From Eremomyces bilateralis CBS 781.70 (taxonomy: Eukaryota): a stretch of 64,000 nucleotides of DNA. Made by a program: the position numbers and the translations under genes. This document shows positions 34,474-48,807 of this stretch, piece by piece. The stretch lies in the NCBI GenBank assembly GCA_010015585.1, contig ML975154.1. One strand, 5' to 3'. Within the stretch, counting starts at the first letter, position 1. The number at the start of each line of letters is the position of its first letter. The notes under the pieces are model-generated. The model had not been told where the DNA came from, made no database searches, and worked only from the letters and a program-made list of their open reading frames with translations.

Positions 34474-37400
34474 TTACTTTAACCCAAATCCCCCACTCTC
34501 CGTCACCGCCCTCCACAACTTCTCCACCAGCCGCCGCCGCGTTGAATACCCCCACAGCATCACCTGATTGAAGCACGTCCGCGCGATCGGGAACCGCTCC
34601 TCCACCCCGGGCCCGACCCCCGCGCACGTCACCCGAATCACCAGGCTCGCTGCCCCCACCGCCGGCACCCGGTCGCTCCCCGTGATGAACCCCAGAATCC
34701 GCCGCTGGTCCGCCGCGTTCGCCACTCGGAACACCTCCCAGAACCACTTGACTACGGGGATCTGCTCGGCCGGGTCGGTCGCCGTCGTGCCGTTGGGGAG
34801 TTTCCACCCTTCGTACACGGCGACCGCTTGGAGGGACGCCACATCGACGCCCTGCTCGGCGTCGGCGCCGCGGACGAGGAGCTCGACTTCTTCCGCGCGG
34901 AAGAGGGACGTCGCGTTGCCGGCGCACACGGTCCAGAAGCCGCGTTTGAAGGGCTCGAATTGGCGGGCGACGGCGCCGTCAAGGACGTAGCGGACGTAGG
35001 CGTCGACGTAGGCGCCGACGTTATCGTTGGTGACGGGGGTGTTGGCGCCGTTGGGGGCAAGTTCGAAGGGGAATGGGGACCCGTAGCGGTCGAGGGAGGC
35101 GGTGAAGTCGAGGGTGAGGTCGGTGAGGTCGCCGGTGTAGGTGAGAAGGGAGCGGAGGCTGCGGGCTAGGGTGGGGTGGAGTTCGGAGAGGTCGTCGAGG
35201 GTGGGGACGAATGGGGGTTGGGTGTGTGGTTGCGCGGGGACGTTGTGGGCGTCTCGGGATTGGGATGAGGCGGAGGGGTGGGAGGATGATGGGGCGTTGG
35301 CGAGTAGTTTGCGGAAGCAGAAGGGTGGGAGCGCAACGTCGAGGATGGTGCTGTTGTAGATTGCGAGGCCGAGGACCGCGCCGACGAGGTGGTATTGGTC
35401 GGATTGTTCGAAGGAGAAGGGATTGAAATAGCAGTAGTTGGACTCCGAGTCGTAGAGGAACATTCCTAACTTGGGTTAGCCATTGCGGCATTTCGGATGG
35501 AACTATCAAGGAACAAACTTACCATGATTCGGATCAAACAACTCCCTCACCAGCAGGAGGAACCACTCCTTCCTTAATCCGCCAGCATCAATCCCTTCTT
35601 CTCCAGCGAACTGCACTCGCAACCCTTTCTTCACCTCCTCCACCCCACTTCCACCCACGCTCTCACTAATCCTCGTCAAACTATCCTCCACCAAACAGTC
35701 CCTTCGGACCCTCAGATGGAAGTACTGCTCCACCACCCGATTCTTCAACAACCCATCAAAGAACGCTTCACGCGCCTTGTTCTCCATCTGTCGCCGCGCA
35801 TCGTATTCTAGAATGCGGATCTTCGCCCCGATCGACAGGAAGAAGGGATACTGACAGAACGTAAACGTCGCCCGACGCGACTCCCACGCCTCGAAGTCCG
35901 CGATCAAGTCGCCGGAATAGTCGAGCAACGTGTTGTAGAAGTCAGATGTCGGCAGGAGTTGCCCATGGTTTCGAGCACGGTGTCGTACGGTGGCGGCTGA
36001 TAGGTCACCCGCACCGTCGACGTCGGGAGGCGGTGGCAGGCGTCGGGAGTAGTAAATGCTATTCGCGGCAAACAGCAATGCCATCACCTTGGATGCGGCT
36101 TTCAATTGCCAGTCGTCCGCGTACACAGGTACCCGCGCCCCGGGGAATACCTCCGATTTCCTACCGTTCGCACGGCGCGATCCGGATCCGCTCGCGCCGA
36201 CGCCGCTACCAAAGCCAGAATTATTTGATAGTCCGATCGCAGCATGCAGCTGTGCTGATGTCGAGGAGCCGATGCCAAGGCTCGGGATCAACCCGGCGGT
36301 GGGATCCTGGTTCTGGCTGTTGCTCCGTTTGCGCTGGTCCTGCCGGCTGAGACGGTAGGTCACGAAGCTTGCGACGATGTCCACGGTGGTCGTGAAATGA
36401 CGTTCTTCGTACTTGGAAAACCAGCTGACAAGGACGCGGTGGCATTCGGGAGGAAGAGTGGAGAGGAGCCCGAGAATCCGCTTGATGATTCCGGAGTGGT
36501 TGCCGGGCTCATTCGTCCGGGCTCGACCGCGGGAGGGCGAGGGCTGATGGGGGGTGGATTGCAAATATGGTCGGTCTACGTTCGGATGGAGTGTTCGAGA
36601 CGGTCGCCTCGGCTTGGGCAATTGCAACGCATCCGCCATGGATTTTCGGCGGACATATCGACGGGCCGTAGAACCATGAAGTATCGGGTTGGCTAGCAGG
36701 ATAAGAAGAAAACGGATATCGTTCGGCTCCCGTAGCGGCCGGCCGGGTCGTTTGAGGAGGTTCTCGGCGACTTTTAAAAGGACTCGTTGGGTGTGAATTC
36801 GCGCATCCTCCAGATCTTGCTCTATCTCTTCCACTGCCGTTCCATAGTCCGGAGTATCCTCGGCGGGAAGTGTGCCGGGCATTACAGTCTTTGCGACTTC
36901 ACGCCAGGACTGGCCAGCACAGAAGACGGAGTTGTACCACTGGTTCACCTCGAACCAATGCATCATCGGCGACCGATTGGTAACGAGCGAGCGAGACGGT
37001 TCCACGTGCGGTTCCTGGCGAGAGTATCCTTCATGAGACACATTCCGTTCAAGCCTTCCGGTCCACCAGAGACCGTTTTCAGCAACGTCGCCCAATAATA
37101 ACGTCTTGGCATCCAACTCGGGGGCAACTCCTGGGAAGCCAAGTGCTTGATTAGGCCGTTCGTCTCTTGACCTTGGGGTGGATATTTGGGCGGAACCCTC
37201 GCTGCGAGTTCGATGTCCTGTTTTCGGGCGTCCAAGGGCGAAAGATGAGTTCAGGCACTCCCAATTGCCGAAGCTGCTGATGATATAGTCTTCGAGGGGT
37301 CGGAAAATACCTCGGACTCGATCGAAACGTCTCCGCTCCTCCATCTCGGCTTGGGTTAACCTGGGACTAGGTAATTTAGGTGAAGGAATAGGTGGGTCCA

Positions 37401-38446
37401 CGGAGGCGGGATGAGGTGATATAGGAGGTGGAGGAGGGCGACGGTTTGGCGGTGGAGGCGCTTTTTCAGGAGCAGAGCTGGACAGCGTAGTGGGCCTCAG
37501 GGTAGCTTCGGACCCTCTGTGGCCCCGTTGTCGAATCTCAAGGTGTTTCCCGAGAGCCTCGTCGATAGGATTGTCTTCCATCCCGTTCTGATCGGCTGTA
37601 ATCGGACCGGGAGACTCTCGAAGATCTCCGCCAGGTGATGGTGTATGTTCTCCGCCTTCAGGGAGGTTTGGCGGTCCCGGCATGGGCCGTAATCGAGGCG
37701 TGCCTGCTTGGCCGTTTTCCATATTCTTGCGGGAATGGAGGTATATTTCTATACATCGGTGGATAATGGCTCGTGTCCGCTCAACAGACAGAGGATATAC
37801 TGTGAAATCGAAGTCAGTTTCAAGCCGATGTTACCGGATATCCTCACGTACCTCTCTGCGGCTGACCGGCCCCAGGATAGGTCCCTGGGTGCTCTTGACC
37901 TTCGCTCCTTACTTGCCGTTCGCCTCGTCTCTGCTGTGACATCGGCTCCAAATCATTGACCATCAAGCATGACATGCACCGGAAGACTTTCAGACCTTTC
38001 GGCCATTTGACTTTCGAATCGCATGTCATACATCGTCCAATCTCGATGTCTTTGTCCTCGGCTCGTTTAGTCGTTGGAATCCTCTTCAGCGGACTTCCAT
38101 TCGGAGAGCTGTCCACATCCTGATGGACGAATTCATCGTCGGTCGAGTCGACCGCTCCGTCTGCCTCGACATTCGCCGCACTCTTCCGTCGACCGAATAT
38201 ATTGGGGAAAGGATGGCTGAGACTCCTCGCATGCTGTCGTTTTGGCATCGTGGAGCGCGTGGAAGGAACACCTGGCCGGGCATGATGCAGCGTGGGTATC
38301 GAGGAGCGGTCTGGAGGATTATAGGTGGAGTTACCAGGAGTTCTCCCACCGTTCCGACTTGCTCCAGCGTTGCGATTCGGATTCGTGGAGTCGATTATGG
38401 GATGCGGGATGGTTGGATGTGGGAACTGGTACGGTGAAAGAGGCAT
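34474..38446 (-). CDS. HUL4: HECT-type E3 ubiquitin ligase (Hul4-like), multi-exon; start approximate
   Basis: FCQYPFFLSIGAK, LRVRRDCLVEDSL, FAGEEGIDAGGLRKEWF, LGLAIYNSTILD, FITGSDRVP, catalytic RFPIARTCFN. Confidence 0.9.
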
Positions 38447-39722
38447 GAACTTCTGAGAAGCTTGAATCACTCAAGGAATGGGTATTGCTAGGATTTAGTG
38501 TTGGGCATGGAGCGATCTGAGTGAGATCTAACGAACTGTCAGGGACCTTGTTCACTAATGCAAGGCGCTGGGGGTTGCTTCGTGTTCATACTTACGACGT
38601 CACTAAGTGCGGAATCACTGCGGATACTGGCGCCGTCTGACACAATAATAGAACTCGTCTTAACGTCTTCCGGTGAAGCGATGCCGTGGCCTGGTAGCGC
38701 TAATAGCTATGAATTGAGGGGTGAACGAGCGGAAATGTCGCGTGTGGAACGAATGCAGACGACATTGATGATGCCGAATACGAGGTCGCCTTGTGGATCA
38801 CGGAAACAATGCCATCCCCTCTCAATTTAAATACGCTCCAGCCAGAATTTAAGGAAGTCAAGATGTAGGTAGACCTCGATGCGGCGAAGGGAGGTGCGTA
38901 GGTCTGTAACTCTGTAAGGGTCGTGGCCCAACGGTCCTGTCTCCAGAATAAACCGTCAATCTGGTAGTTATGGCCACCCAGTCCGATTATTCCAGTTGTA
39001 ATTTGCTCAGACCAGTCGGTGGAACCTTGGTAGGGTGGGAAAGCTACATACCGAATTCAAATACTCCGTATATTTTGCAGATCTCGGCCCTTGGGGTGGA
39101 CTAGCGTCGCATGTAGAACAAATGGGAGAAGAGGAATCATGCATATGGAGGGATATGGATTATTATATATGAGTAAGAGGGAAGAATTGACGTTTATTTA
39201 ACAAGCTCACGAATCAATGGAATGGGATTAAGATGCAACTCTCAAGTCGCAACTCATGAACTCAGCTGCGGATAGAGGACGCCATCTCGGGTGGCTTCCG
39301 CGTGCAGCTTCAAGGTCTTGAGCAATTGCCAATTGGCATCCGGCAGACTCGGGGCATAATTACCCAGATGCGACCTATCAACTAATTAATTAGGGACATC
39401 AGTGCGAGTTTCCCATGCCAAGAGCATCGTCTTTGATCCGTCGATCTCTTGCGGTATGTCGCGTATGACTGCAGATCCAGGAGATGACTACTATGTAATA
39501 CCGTCTGACACAATCTGAAAATGGAGAATTTCTGGTGAAATGGCGTCTTGGAATATGGCCCCAACTGCAGCTCTACAGGATCCACTAAAGATAATAATTG
39601 GGAACTTAACTAACTTAGATATAACGGTTAAGTTCGCAGCAGCAGATGGGAAGAAATCTGGGTTTATCGGCGCCATGGGAAATAATTAGTTATAGTATTT
39701 CTCTCAAATACTTTGCTATCCA

Positions 39723-39794
39723 GGAGTGGTAGCTCAGTGGTAGAGCATGGGATTGCAGATCCCAGGGTCTCGCGTTCGATCCGCGATCGCTCCT
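39723..39794 (+). tRNA. tRNA-Cys (anticodon GCA), intronless
   Basis: Cloverleaf: GGAGTGG/TCGCTCC acceptor stem, U discriminator, D arm TAGCTCAGTGGTAGAGC, anticodon arm TGGGA-TTGCAGA-TCCCA, T loop GTTCGATCC; downstream T-runs. Confidence 0.96.
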
Positions 39795-40375
39795 TTCGAG
39801 TTTCTTTTTGGTTTTTTAAAACTTTTTTGGCCTTGCCCCTTTTCGCCCATTCCATCTAACTTAGTAGAGTCGACACTTTAGTAAAGATTTTTTGGGGAAG
39901 TGACGGAGGTAAAGAGTGACCTCTACCGGAGCCAAACTCTTTGCCTTTGCACAACAGACAGTGGTGGCAGTGGAAGTATTACTTGTAGTATATTTTGAAC
40001 CGTTTGATCCCCGACTATCTGCGTCTTGGCGAGCTGGTAATAGCTTTAACTAGTATTACACTGTAGCACGACCAAATATTCCTCTCTTGCCTTTTTCCGG
40101 GAGGTAGTAGTAACTATAGACTCGAGAATCAACAGACATCCATGACAAGCACGGGACCTGTGGCCATGAGAGCTTGGAGACCGGACGAACGAATCTGACC
40201 TCGGGGTATGTCAACTCCGCAGTATAGAGCGTCAGCTATGAGCTTCAAAGTTGTACCTTGGATGGCTGTACAACCGGGCGGATAGTGCGACTTAATCCTT
40301 CCACGTATATCAAACGATCGGACATCCAGGGTTGAATAGGAGCTAGGGACGCGATTGTGATGCTTTAATTCGAGT

Positions 40376-41190
40376 TCAAAAGCACCGAAATTCCATCTTA
40401 CACACGTCTTCCAAGATCTCAACCACAGTAGTGTAGCCACCTTTCCAGCATTTCAGAATGATATCTCGGAACGGGACATCGTCCATTGGCGGAAACATTT
40501 CTTCGCCACAGAGACGCTCAGCTTCATCACTATGTTCAATCTCGTCATAGGGGCGCCGTCTGGTCATGATATCGAAGATCAGAGAGCAGAACGAGAAGAT
40601 TTCGGTGGTGATGGACACTTCAAAGTGGTCCATGCCAACGACCCTCGGGTACGGTGTCTCAGGAGCAACCATGGTTCTTTGTCGTTCAGGGCGGAACCGG
40701 AGAAGTCGCAGAGCAAGATGGAAAGATCATTGTCGACCAGAAAGTCTCTTGCACTGACGTCGCCTTGGATAACATGCTTGAAATAGATGAGGGTGATACT
40801 TCCGCCCGCCGATTCTACCCACGATATCTTTGTCCGCAGCGGAACCGGTTCCATCGAGCCCAGCAGGAAGGCCTGAAGGTTGCCATTTTTCTTGTAAGGA
40901 AATAAATGCCCACCTCTGCGAACTTTATATAGGCAAGGATACCCGGTTGGTGTCCTAAGTGCTGGTAAATCTCGATTTCGCGTTCCATCAGCATCAAGGA
41001 TTCGGATTCTTGATATCTTGCATCTTTCGATACATCCTCATCGTATGTGTCCACGTTGAATTTATACGCATGATTTAAAACCGTGGTGCCATCTTGAGAA
41101 TGCCATACTGCTGCCTTACTGCCGTTCATCGGGGCGAGGATTGTGCGATACTCAGGATTGATGAACTCTGGTCGGGAGACCTCGTGGAGG
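40376..41190 (-). pseudogene. Frameshifted protein kinase-like pseudogene
   Basis: Kinase subdomains spread over three frames: EREIEIYQHLGHQPGIL / HVIQGDVSARDFLVDNDLSILLCDFSGS / TEIFSFCSLIFDIMTRRRPY...IILKCWKGGY. No clean introns reconcile them. Confidence 0.8.
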
Positions 41191-42007
41191 CATCTTGATG
41201 ATACCTATATGGACATTAATAACACAGCTATACAGCGGGTGCCTCATGTAATTCCCACGAGGGCGTCTACCTCAGTTAAGTGACATTAAAAACGAAATTC
41301 TTGTCCGAAACAAGAATCGATCACTGGAGGCCGGTGGTCAGGGATGGTATGGATCGCTTGCGGGGAAGGATACTGGTAACATCCCGTACATAGCCTCTAT
41401 AGAGCCATGCTTCTGAGTTCTGAGGAGGCCAGTTTAGATCTGGTGGATCCCGCCTAGGATTCTAGAGGTCTGTAGGCTGGTAAATCTAGAATGAATGTTT
41501 TGAAACATTTCATTTCTCAGGGGTTTATGTACGACAGTACGAGCAGCTTGAGCAGCGGGCTGGGACTGGACATGCAGAGTGAGTGCACTTTTCAGCCTTG
41601 CAGCCTGAAGTATTTCTGCAGCTGCACGCTGTGTTGACCAAACCAGAACTGGGGGCTTCGCGCTAAATTCGGCAGGCGCAGGCCTCCGAGATTCCGGCGC
41701 CGATCAACGTGGAGTTACGACATCCAAGTCCCAGAATCCCAGAATACCATTTGATATGCATCACCAGCTTGCGTTCATTCACGTGGAGTGAACATCACAT
41801 GCCAATTCCTGGCAAGCATGAGTTAATCGTCCGCCTGTATTCCCTTTTATGCTTCGTACTTGTATTAATCCAGATACCTTTCGTTGATTCCTCCGCCTTT
41901 TCCTATATTCCGAATCCTATCGACTCCGAAAAGCATATTTAACCATTGTACGCGCCATCCCAGAACACCTAAAGCAATCACCACCGCCAACTAAGCCGGA
42001 AGTCAGC

Positions 42008-43234
42008 ATGACTTCCGTCAAGAAATGGATTGCTCAATCCCCGCCCGTCGAATGGGTCACCCAGCAGGCCCGGGAACTCCTGATGGGCACCTTACGACAA
42101 GGGCCGATCCCACAACATGTCGCCTTCGTGATGGACGGCAACCGTCGGTTCGCGCGCGGCAACAATATGGAGACGATTGAAGGGCACAACTTGGGTTTCG
42201 AGGCCCTTGTGACGGTACCTTTCCCCGCGCACCGATGCGAAAGATGCCCCATGCTAATCCGCGCAGACGCTGGAAGTGTGCTACAAGGTCGGCGTCCGGG
42301 TCGTGTCCGTGTATGCGTTCAGCATCGAGAATTTCAAGCGGTCGAAGTATGAGGTGGATGCCTTGATGGATATGGCGAAGGTCAAGATCGGGCAACTCGC
42401 GCAGTATGGTGAGCTGATGCAGATGTACGGGGTTCGGTTCCAGTTTCTGGGCAGGCGAGAGATGTTGCGACCCGATGTGTTAGAGGTCATCGACCGGGCG
42501 ATTGAGTCGACCAGCAAGAATGGACGGTGAGGACATCAATATCAGGCGAAATAACGGTAAACAAAGCATGGCTAATTCCCCGCAGAGCCATCCTCAATAT
42601 CTGCGCTCCATACACCTCACGAGACGAGATCACCACCGCGATCCGCGACACCGTCATCGACTACAGCAAACCCGTCCCCCCCTCCTTCAAGCGTCCCTTC
42701 TCCGAGAATCGTATCGCCCGCAACATCCGCGCCCAGCAACTCGCATCCGGCAGCGATGGCCCTGCGGAAAACGACTCCCAGTTCCAACCGGACGGCGCTC
42801 CCCAAACCGAAGCAGGCGCATCCCAAGCCCCGGACAACACCACCAACGGCCGCTCCGACGCCGACTCCGCCTCCGTCACCTCCGCCTCCCACACCTCCAA
42901 CACCCTCCGCCCGAGCACCACGACCAGCACGACCTCCCCGACCACCTTCCCCGACCCCGAAACCATCACCTCGGCGACGTTGACCGATTACATGTTCACG
43001 GCGGGGATGCCGCCGCTCGACCTATTCATCCGCACGTCGGGCGTCGAGCGGCTGAGCGATTTCATGCTGTGGCAATGCCACGAGAACACCGAGATCGTGT
43101 TCGTCAACTCCCTGTGGCCGGAGTTTGGGCTGGCTCGTTTCTTACCCGTCCTGTTGGAATGGCAGTGGGATCAGATGACTGGGAATCGGGGCGGAAAGGG
43201 TCGGTGGAATGGGAGAGGGTTGAAGGTCGCGTAG
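42008..43234 (+). CDS. RER2: cis-prenyltransferase / dehydrodolichyl diphosphate synthase (Rer2/Srt1 family), 2 introns
   Basis: PQHVAFVMDGNRRFAR, VYAFSIENFKRS, LNICAPYTSRDEI, DLFIRTSGVERLSDFMLWQ, LWPEF. Confidence 0.93.
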
Positions 43235-43714
43235 ATACGAATACCTATAAATCTATCCCCATTTTTTCACCACGAGCATGCGTCCCGTCCTGTCTATTTA
43301 TACGTTCAACGGTTCGGTCCGGGGTGATGTATGCAATTTTTCCGCTCCGCCACAGGATTAGCCCTATCCCCTTCACCCTTCACATATGCCGGGCGGGGCA
43401 TGGCATAAAGCAGGGAATTGATATCGAATTATCGATGATCCTCCACGGAGCCTCATGGTGCACTACGGAATACGAAACGGCAAGGAAATTTGTTGCACAG
43501 CGTCATGTCTCATTTAACATTGCGTTGACTCGAAAAGTCTCACCTGTTTGAGGTTTATAAATCGTCAAATGTTAATCCTTTTCTCATTCATCCGCTTCAT
43601 ATGCGATTCCATGTGGCCCGACTCAGCTCCAGAGCTGTCCCTATCGAATTCATACCGCTGTTGGTATATTGGTTTTTTTGTATATTTTCGTAAGGCTAGG
43701 CTGGTTGGTGAAGT

Positions 43715-45870
43715 ATGGTACGTACTCCTTATGAGGCAGTATTATTCGTCCTACACTCCGACTGTATATTGACGATCGACAGTTACCATGGCAGCTTTCC
43801 TTCGTCATCGCGTCCTACGTGCTCCCTCCTAGCTCCGCACAACTCTTCCCCCCTCCTCCAGTCTACTCCACCATCCTCCACTCTGCCAGCAACCCGAATG
43901 TCACCATCTCCTACACGTCCCCCGAAAAGGGGACTTGTGCCACCATTTTCGACACTCAGAGCCAATACACCGGCTACATAGCCTTGCCTCCTGGCAGCAT
44001 CTCATCTTTCCCGACCAACCATACCACCAACCTCTTCTTTTGGTTCGTCGAGGCGCGGGTCCATCCCGAGACCGCCCCGCTGACGGTATGGCTAAACGGC
44101 GGCCCGGGGAGCAGCAGCATGGCGGGACTCTTTCAAGAGGCAGGACCGTGTGAGGTGGTTCAGATGGCCGACGGCAACTATGGCACGCAGCCGCGGTGGT
44201 GGGGGTGGGATCGCAGCTCAAATCTGCTGTTCATCGATCAGCCGGTGCAAACGGGGTTCTCATACGATTCGCTGGCGAACGCGTCCTATGATATCCTTCG
44301 GGACGAGTTCGTCAAGCCTCCGACCGATGTGCCGGACGGAACTCCGGCATACGGGTTCCTCAACGGGACGTTTAGTAGCGGAGACACATGGTCGACGGCG
44401 AACACCAGCGTGGCCGCCGCGCATGCAGTATGGCATTTCATGCAGGCATTCCTCCCATCATTTCCGAAATACAATCCCTCTATACCGGAGAATTCTACAG
44501 CCGGAGGAACGGTCGAAATCAACCTCGTCACCGAGAGCTATGGCGGCATCTTCGGCCCAACCTTCGCAACGGTCTTCGAGCAGCAAAACTCCCAGAAGTC
44601 AGTCGGCCTCCGCGGCAACACCACCGCTCTCGAGATCCGGCTATCGAGCCTCATCATCATGAACGGCATGATCGACCTCATCACCCAGATTCCCTTCCTC
44701 CTCACCTTTCCCGCGAACAACACCTACGGTCTCCGACTCCTCGAGCCCAACGCCGTCCAAGCGGGCCTCACCTCCTTCCACTCCCCCGCCGGATGCGAAA
44801 GCATGGTCCGCCAATGCCGCTCCCAAGCCGCCGCCCTGGACCCCACCGGCTCCGCGGCCGTCGCCTCCATCAACACCCTCTGCGCGAACGCCCAGGCGAT
44901 CTGCGGCCGTCTCCAAATGCCCTATCTCCAAACCGGCAAAAGCCTCTACGACATCCGCCACGACCACCCCCTCGTCTCCCCCTCCAGCGCCTACATCGAA
45001 TACCTTAACACTGCCCCCGTCCAGCGCTCCATCGGCGCCCCCGTTAACTTCACCGAGACCAACCGCCCCGTCTTCGACGCCTTCCAGCGCACCGGCGACT
45101 CCGCCCGCGCCAACCAACTCACCTCCCTCGCCTCCCTCCTCGACCACCACGTCCGCGTCGCCCTCCTCCACGGTGACGCCGACTACGCCTGCAACTGGCT
45201 CGGCGGCCAAGCCGTCTCCCTCGCCATCGCCGCCCTCGCCCAGACGCCCGGCTACGCAACGAAATTCCCCGCCGCCGGCTACGCCGACCTCGTCATCAAC
45301 GACACCTATGTCGGCGGCGCCGTGCGGCAGTTCGGCAACCTCTCCTTCTCCCGCATCTACGACGCGGGACACCTCCTTACCGCCGACCAGCCCGAGACCG
45401 CCTTCACCGCCTTCACGCGCATCGTCCGCGGCACGGCGCTCACGACCGGGCAGCGCGTCGACCTCGCCGGCTACGCTAGCGCCGGCCCGCCGACCGCCGA
45501 CCATGTTAACAAAATGCCCAAGCCGCGTGAGAAGACGTGCTGGGTGAGGAACCTCGGCGGCACCTGCACGGAGGCGCAGAAGGCGCTCGCGCTGGCGGGT
45601 AAGGGGGTGGTGGTGGGTGGAGTCCTGTATGAGAAGGCGGGCGATGTCAGGCCGCCGCCGGGGGAGGCGACGGGAGGGACGCCGGGGAGCCCGCTGCCGA
45701 ATACGACGTGGCCGGGGGTGGGGGACGGGGCGAGTGGGACGCGGGGGTGGCCGACGGGGGTATATACGGCGACGGGGACGCCTTCGTCGGGAGGCAGGAG
45801 GGAGAAGAGGGTGAGTGAGCGGCTGTGGGCGGTTGTGGGGGTGGCTTGGGTGTGGATGTTTAACGGGTGA
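43715..45870 (+). CDS. Secreted serine carboxypeptidase (S10), probably GPI/membrane anchored; ATG-only first exon, intron 43718-43782
   Basis: M|LPWQLSFVIASYVLPPSSA signal; WLNGGPGSSS, FIDQPVQTGFSY, TESYGG (Ser), GDADYACN (Asp), DAGH (His); hydrophobic C-terminus. Confidence 0.93.
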
Positions 45871-46110
45871 TGAATAGCGGGATACCTGACATAGTATGTA
45901 TGATATAGCATGGACAGTAGCATATAATAGTGGGAATCTGGGACCTGGAGGAATGGGAATATGGGATAAATTATATGATCGAACAATGAGACTTTTTATT
46001 GATCAGGTAAACATGCCGAAACCTCTCAGCGCTACAGTCAATAAATGATCCGCTACCGTGATCTTATCACCTACTCAAGACAAACCCCACAACCAACACA
46101 TTCTCTCCAC

Positions 46111-48807
46111 CTACTCCCCCTTTCCCTCCCGCCCCTTCAACCACCCCTCATGCAACTCCCTCTGCCTCTCCCACTCTTTCCTCAACTTCTTCCCCCTCGC
46201 TTTACTCACCTCCTTTCCCTCCGCATCCCTCACCGGCAACCCCTCCCTATCCCACTCACTCCACTCCGCATTCCGAAACATCTCCCGCGGATCCACCCGC
46301 GCCTTCTCCTCTATCGCTCGTTTTTTCGCCTCCGCCTCCGCTTCTCTCCGCGCCTTCGCCGCCAACTTCGCTTCCCCCGCCGCCGCCTTGCTCGCTCGCT
46401 GCGCTCGCAGCTCCGCGTTCAGCGGTCGCACCAGTGCCGGCTGCCCGTCGCGGTCCTCGAGGTAGATGCCGAGGTCCCAGAGCGTGGCGTCGCGGAGGCG
46501 GTCGCAGAGGGCGAGGACGTCTTTCGCGGGGGCGGAGGACGCGGCGAGGGCGGCGACGGCGTCGTGGAATTGGGAGGAGGCTTCTGCGTAGGGGAGGGAG
46601 GCGGCAGGTTGCAGTTTGGCGGTGGCGTCGGGGTGTTGGTCGCGGGAAGTGGAGACGAGGGTGGAGAGGGTGGTGGTGGGGGTGCCGGAGAGGGCGGAGG
46701 TGCGGACAGAGTCGCGGAGGGAGGAGAGAGGATAGATGAAGGGGATGGCGGGGGCGGGGATTGTGATCCCTTCCCAGCCGATGGCGTCGGTTGAGTTGGA
46801 TTGGGGGTTGAGGCCGAAGATGTTGGTGATTTCGGTGACGTAGCGGGCGACGGCGAGGATGTCAGACTGGGAGGGGGGTGAGGGGGAGGTGAGGGCGGTG
46901 TTGACGTCTGTGATCAGTTCGGAGAGAACGCGCATTGCTTGCGGCGTGTTGAAAGAGTCGCAAAGTGCGGAGTAGACCTCTTGACGGACGGTTTTGATCT
47001 TCTCTTGGAGTGCGCTCCCCTCTTGATCAACGGCGCTGTCCGCACCCTCCGCCTTGCTCTGGGATCCCTGCATATGATGTTGAATGTCCACCGCCTTCAG
47101 GAAGAAATTCGTGGCCTTCTCTTCCCACGCCTGGCCCTGTTTCACCAGGTCTTCCGTGATCTCGATCCCATCCTTCCAATTCCCCAGCAGGAAAACAATC
47201 CGCAATGAACGCGGGGTCCACTCTCCTTTGCTCAACGCCTCGCGGATCGTGGTGAAGTTCTTCAAGGATTTCGACATCTTCGACCCCTGAATCGACAGAT
47301 GCCCCATGTGCATGAAGTAGTTCACCCACTGATGATTCGGCTTCCTGCAGCTGTCCACCGCATCCTTCGCCCAATGCGCCTCGCTCTGCGCGATTTCATT
47401 GTCGTGGTGAGGAAACGCGAGGTCGATCCCTCCCGAATGGATATCCATCCGCTCCCCGATCACGTCCGACGCCATCGCCGAGCACTCGATATGCCAACCC
47501 GGCCGGCCCGAACCCCACGGGCTTTTCCACGACGGCTCCCCCGGTTTCGAGGCCTTCCACAGCGCGAAGTCGGCCTCCGATCGCTTCGTTGCGTTCGTGT
47601 TGCTCAGCGCCCCTTCGCCGTCTGCCTGCAGATCCTTGTCGCCGCGATTCCACGGCTCCAGCCTCGCGTACGAGTTCCCGGCTTTCTCGAACGCGGCGAT
47701 GTCGAAGTACACGCTCCCGTCGGTGGTGACGTAGGCGAATCCGTTGTCCACGATCTTCTCGACGAACTTGACGATGTCGTCGCCGTACTCGGTCACTCGT
47801 GTCAGGACGTCCGGAGGCAGCACGTTCAGCGCACCGACGTCCTCGAAGAAGCGTCGCTCATATTCTTGGGTCAGCTTGGTGAAGATGGAGTGGTCGCTGG
47901 CGTCGATCAAGGCTCCGGAGAGCTTGTCCAGATACAGCAGCAAGGTGTCGTCGGTCTGCGCATAGAAATCGCCCACCACCATGGCACTGGGGTCTTCCAT
48001 AGCGATCCTAAGTGCCACCGAGGCAGACGTGACGGTCTTGAGGTGCATCTTCAACTTCGCCTCCTTGTCTCCGGGCGGGCTTCCGTCGTCGGCAAGAGCC
48101 TTCCCTTCCAATACTCCTCCATAATGCGTCACAACCGCTTCCTGATATTGATCCGGTGCGAGGTTCTCCGGTAAAAGAGGGAGATTCTTCGCGGTGTATG
48201 TGTCGAGTGCGTCTTTCGTGGCATCTAGGAGGGCCTGGTCTAAGGTAGGATGTTTCGCTTTAAACTCTTGTAGGAGATGTCTCTGTCGTCCGCGCAGAAT
48301 GATCTAGAATCGGTTAGGTATTATGATCTACCCATACGCGCAATATTGTGGTGATATACCTTGTCATCGACATCAGTGATATTCATAACAAACTTCAGAT
48401 CAAATTTGAAGAAGTCCTTCATGATGCGCCGAATGATATCCGTCGTCACATAGTTGCGCGCATGTCCTAACTACAACCACATTAACCAACTTCTCCCACC
48501 ACGGTCATTGGAGCCATACATGTGCATCATCATAAACCGTTGGCCCGCACGCGTACCAAGTGACCTTCTTCCCTTCCAGATCCACGGGAACGAATGGCAC
48601 TTTCGACCTTGTCAAGGAGTTGTAAATGTTCAATGGCGGGGTCCCTACGTCCTTCTTCGGGGCGGGTGGCTGTTGCCATGGAGGCTGTTTCGTCGACGCC
48701 ATGGTTCGGATATGGGTGTATCGCAGGGTGCTCGAGAATGGAATCTGTCGAGCGCAGGTGAATTGGGATTTATGCTTCGCAGTGACTGTGAGAAGCCAGC
48801 GGTGCAT
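46111..48807 (-). CDS. Cysteinyl-tRNA synthetase (class I), two in-frame ATGs (48807, 48702)
   Basis: [78 protein letters not shown]. Confidence 0.97.

Noticed and set aside
39382..39676. ORF fragments upstream of the tRNA with an HxxxxDG-like peptide
   Set aside because: Interrupted by stops; no convincing family match.
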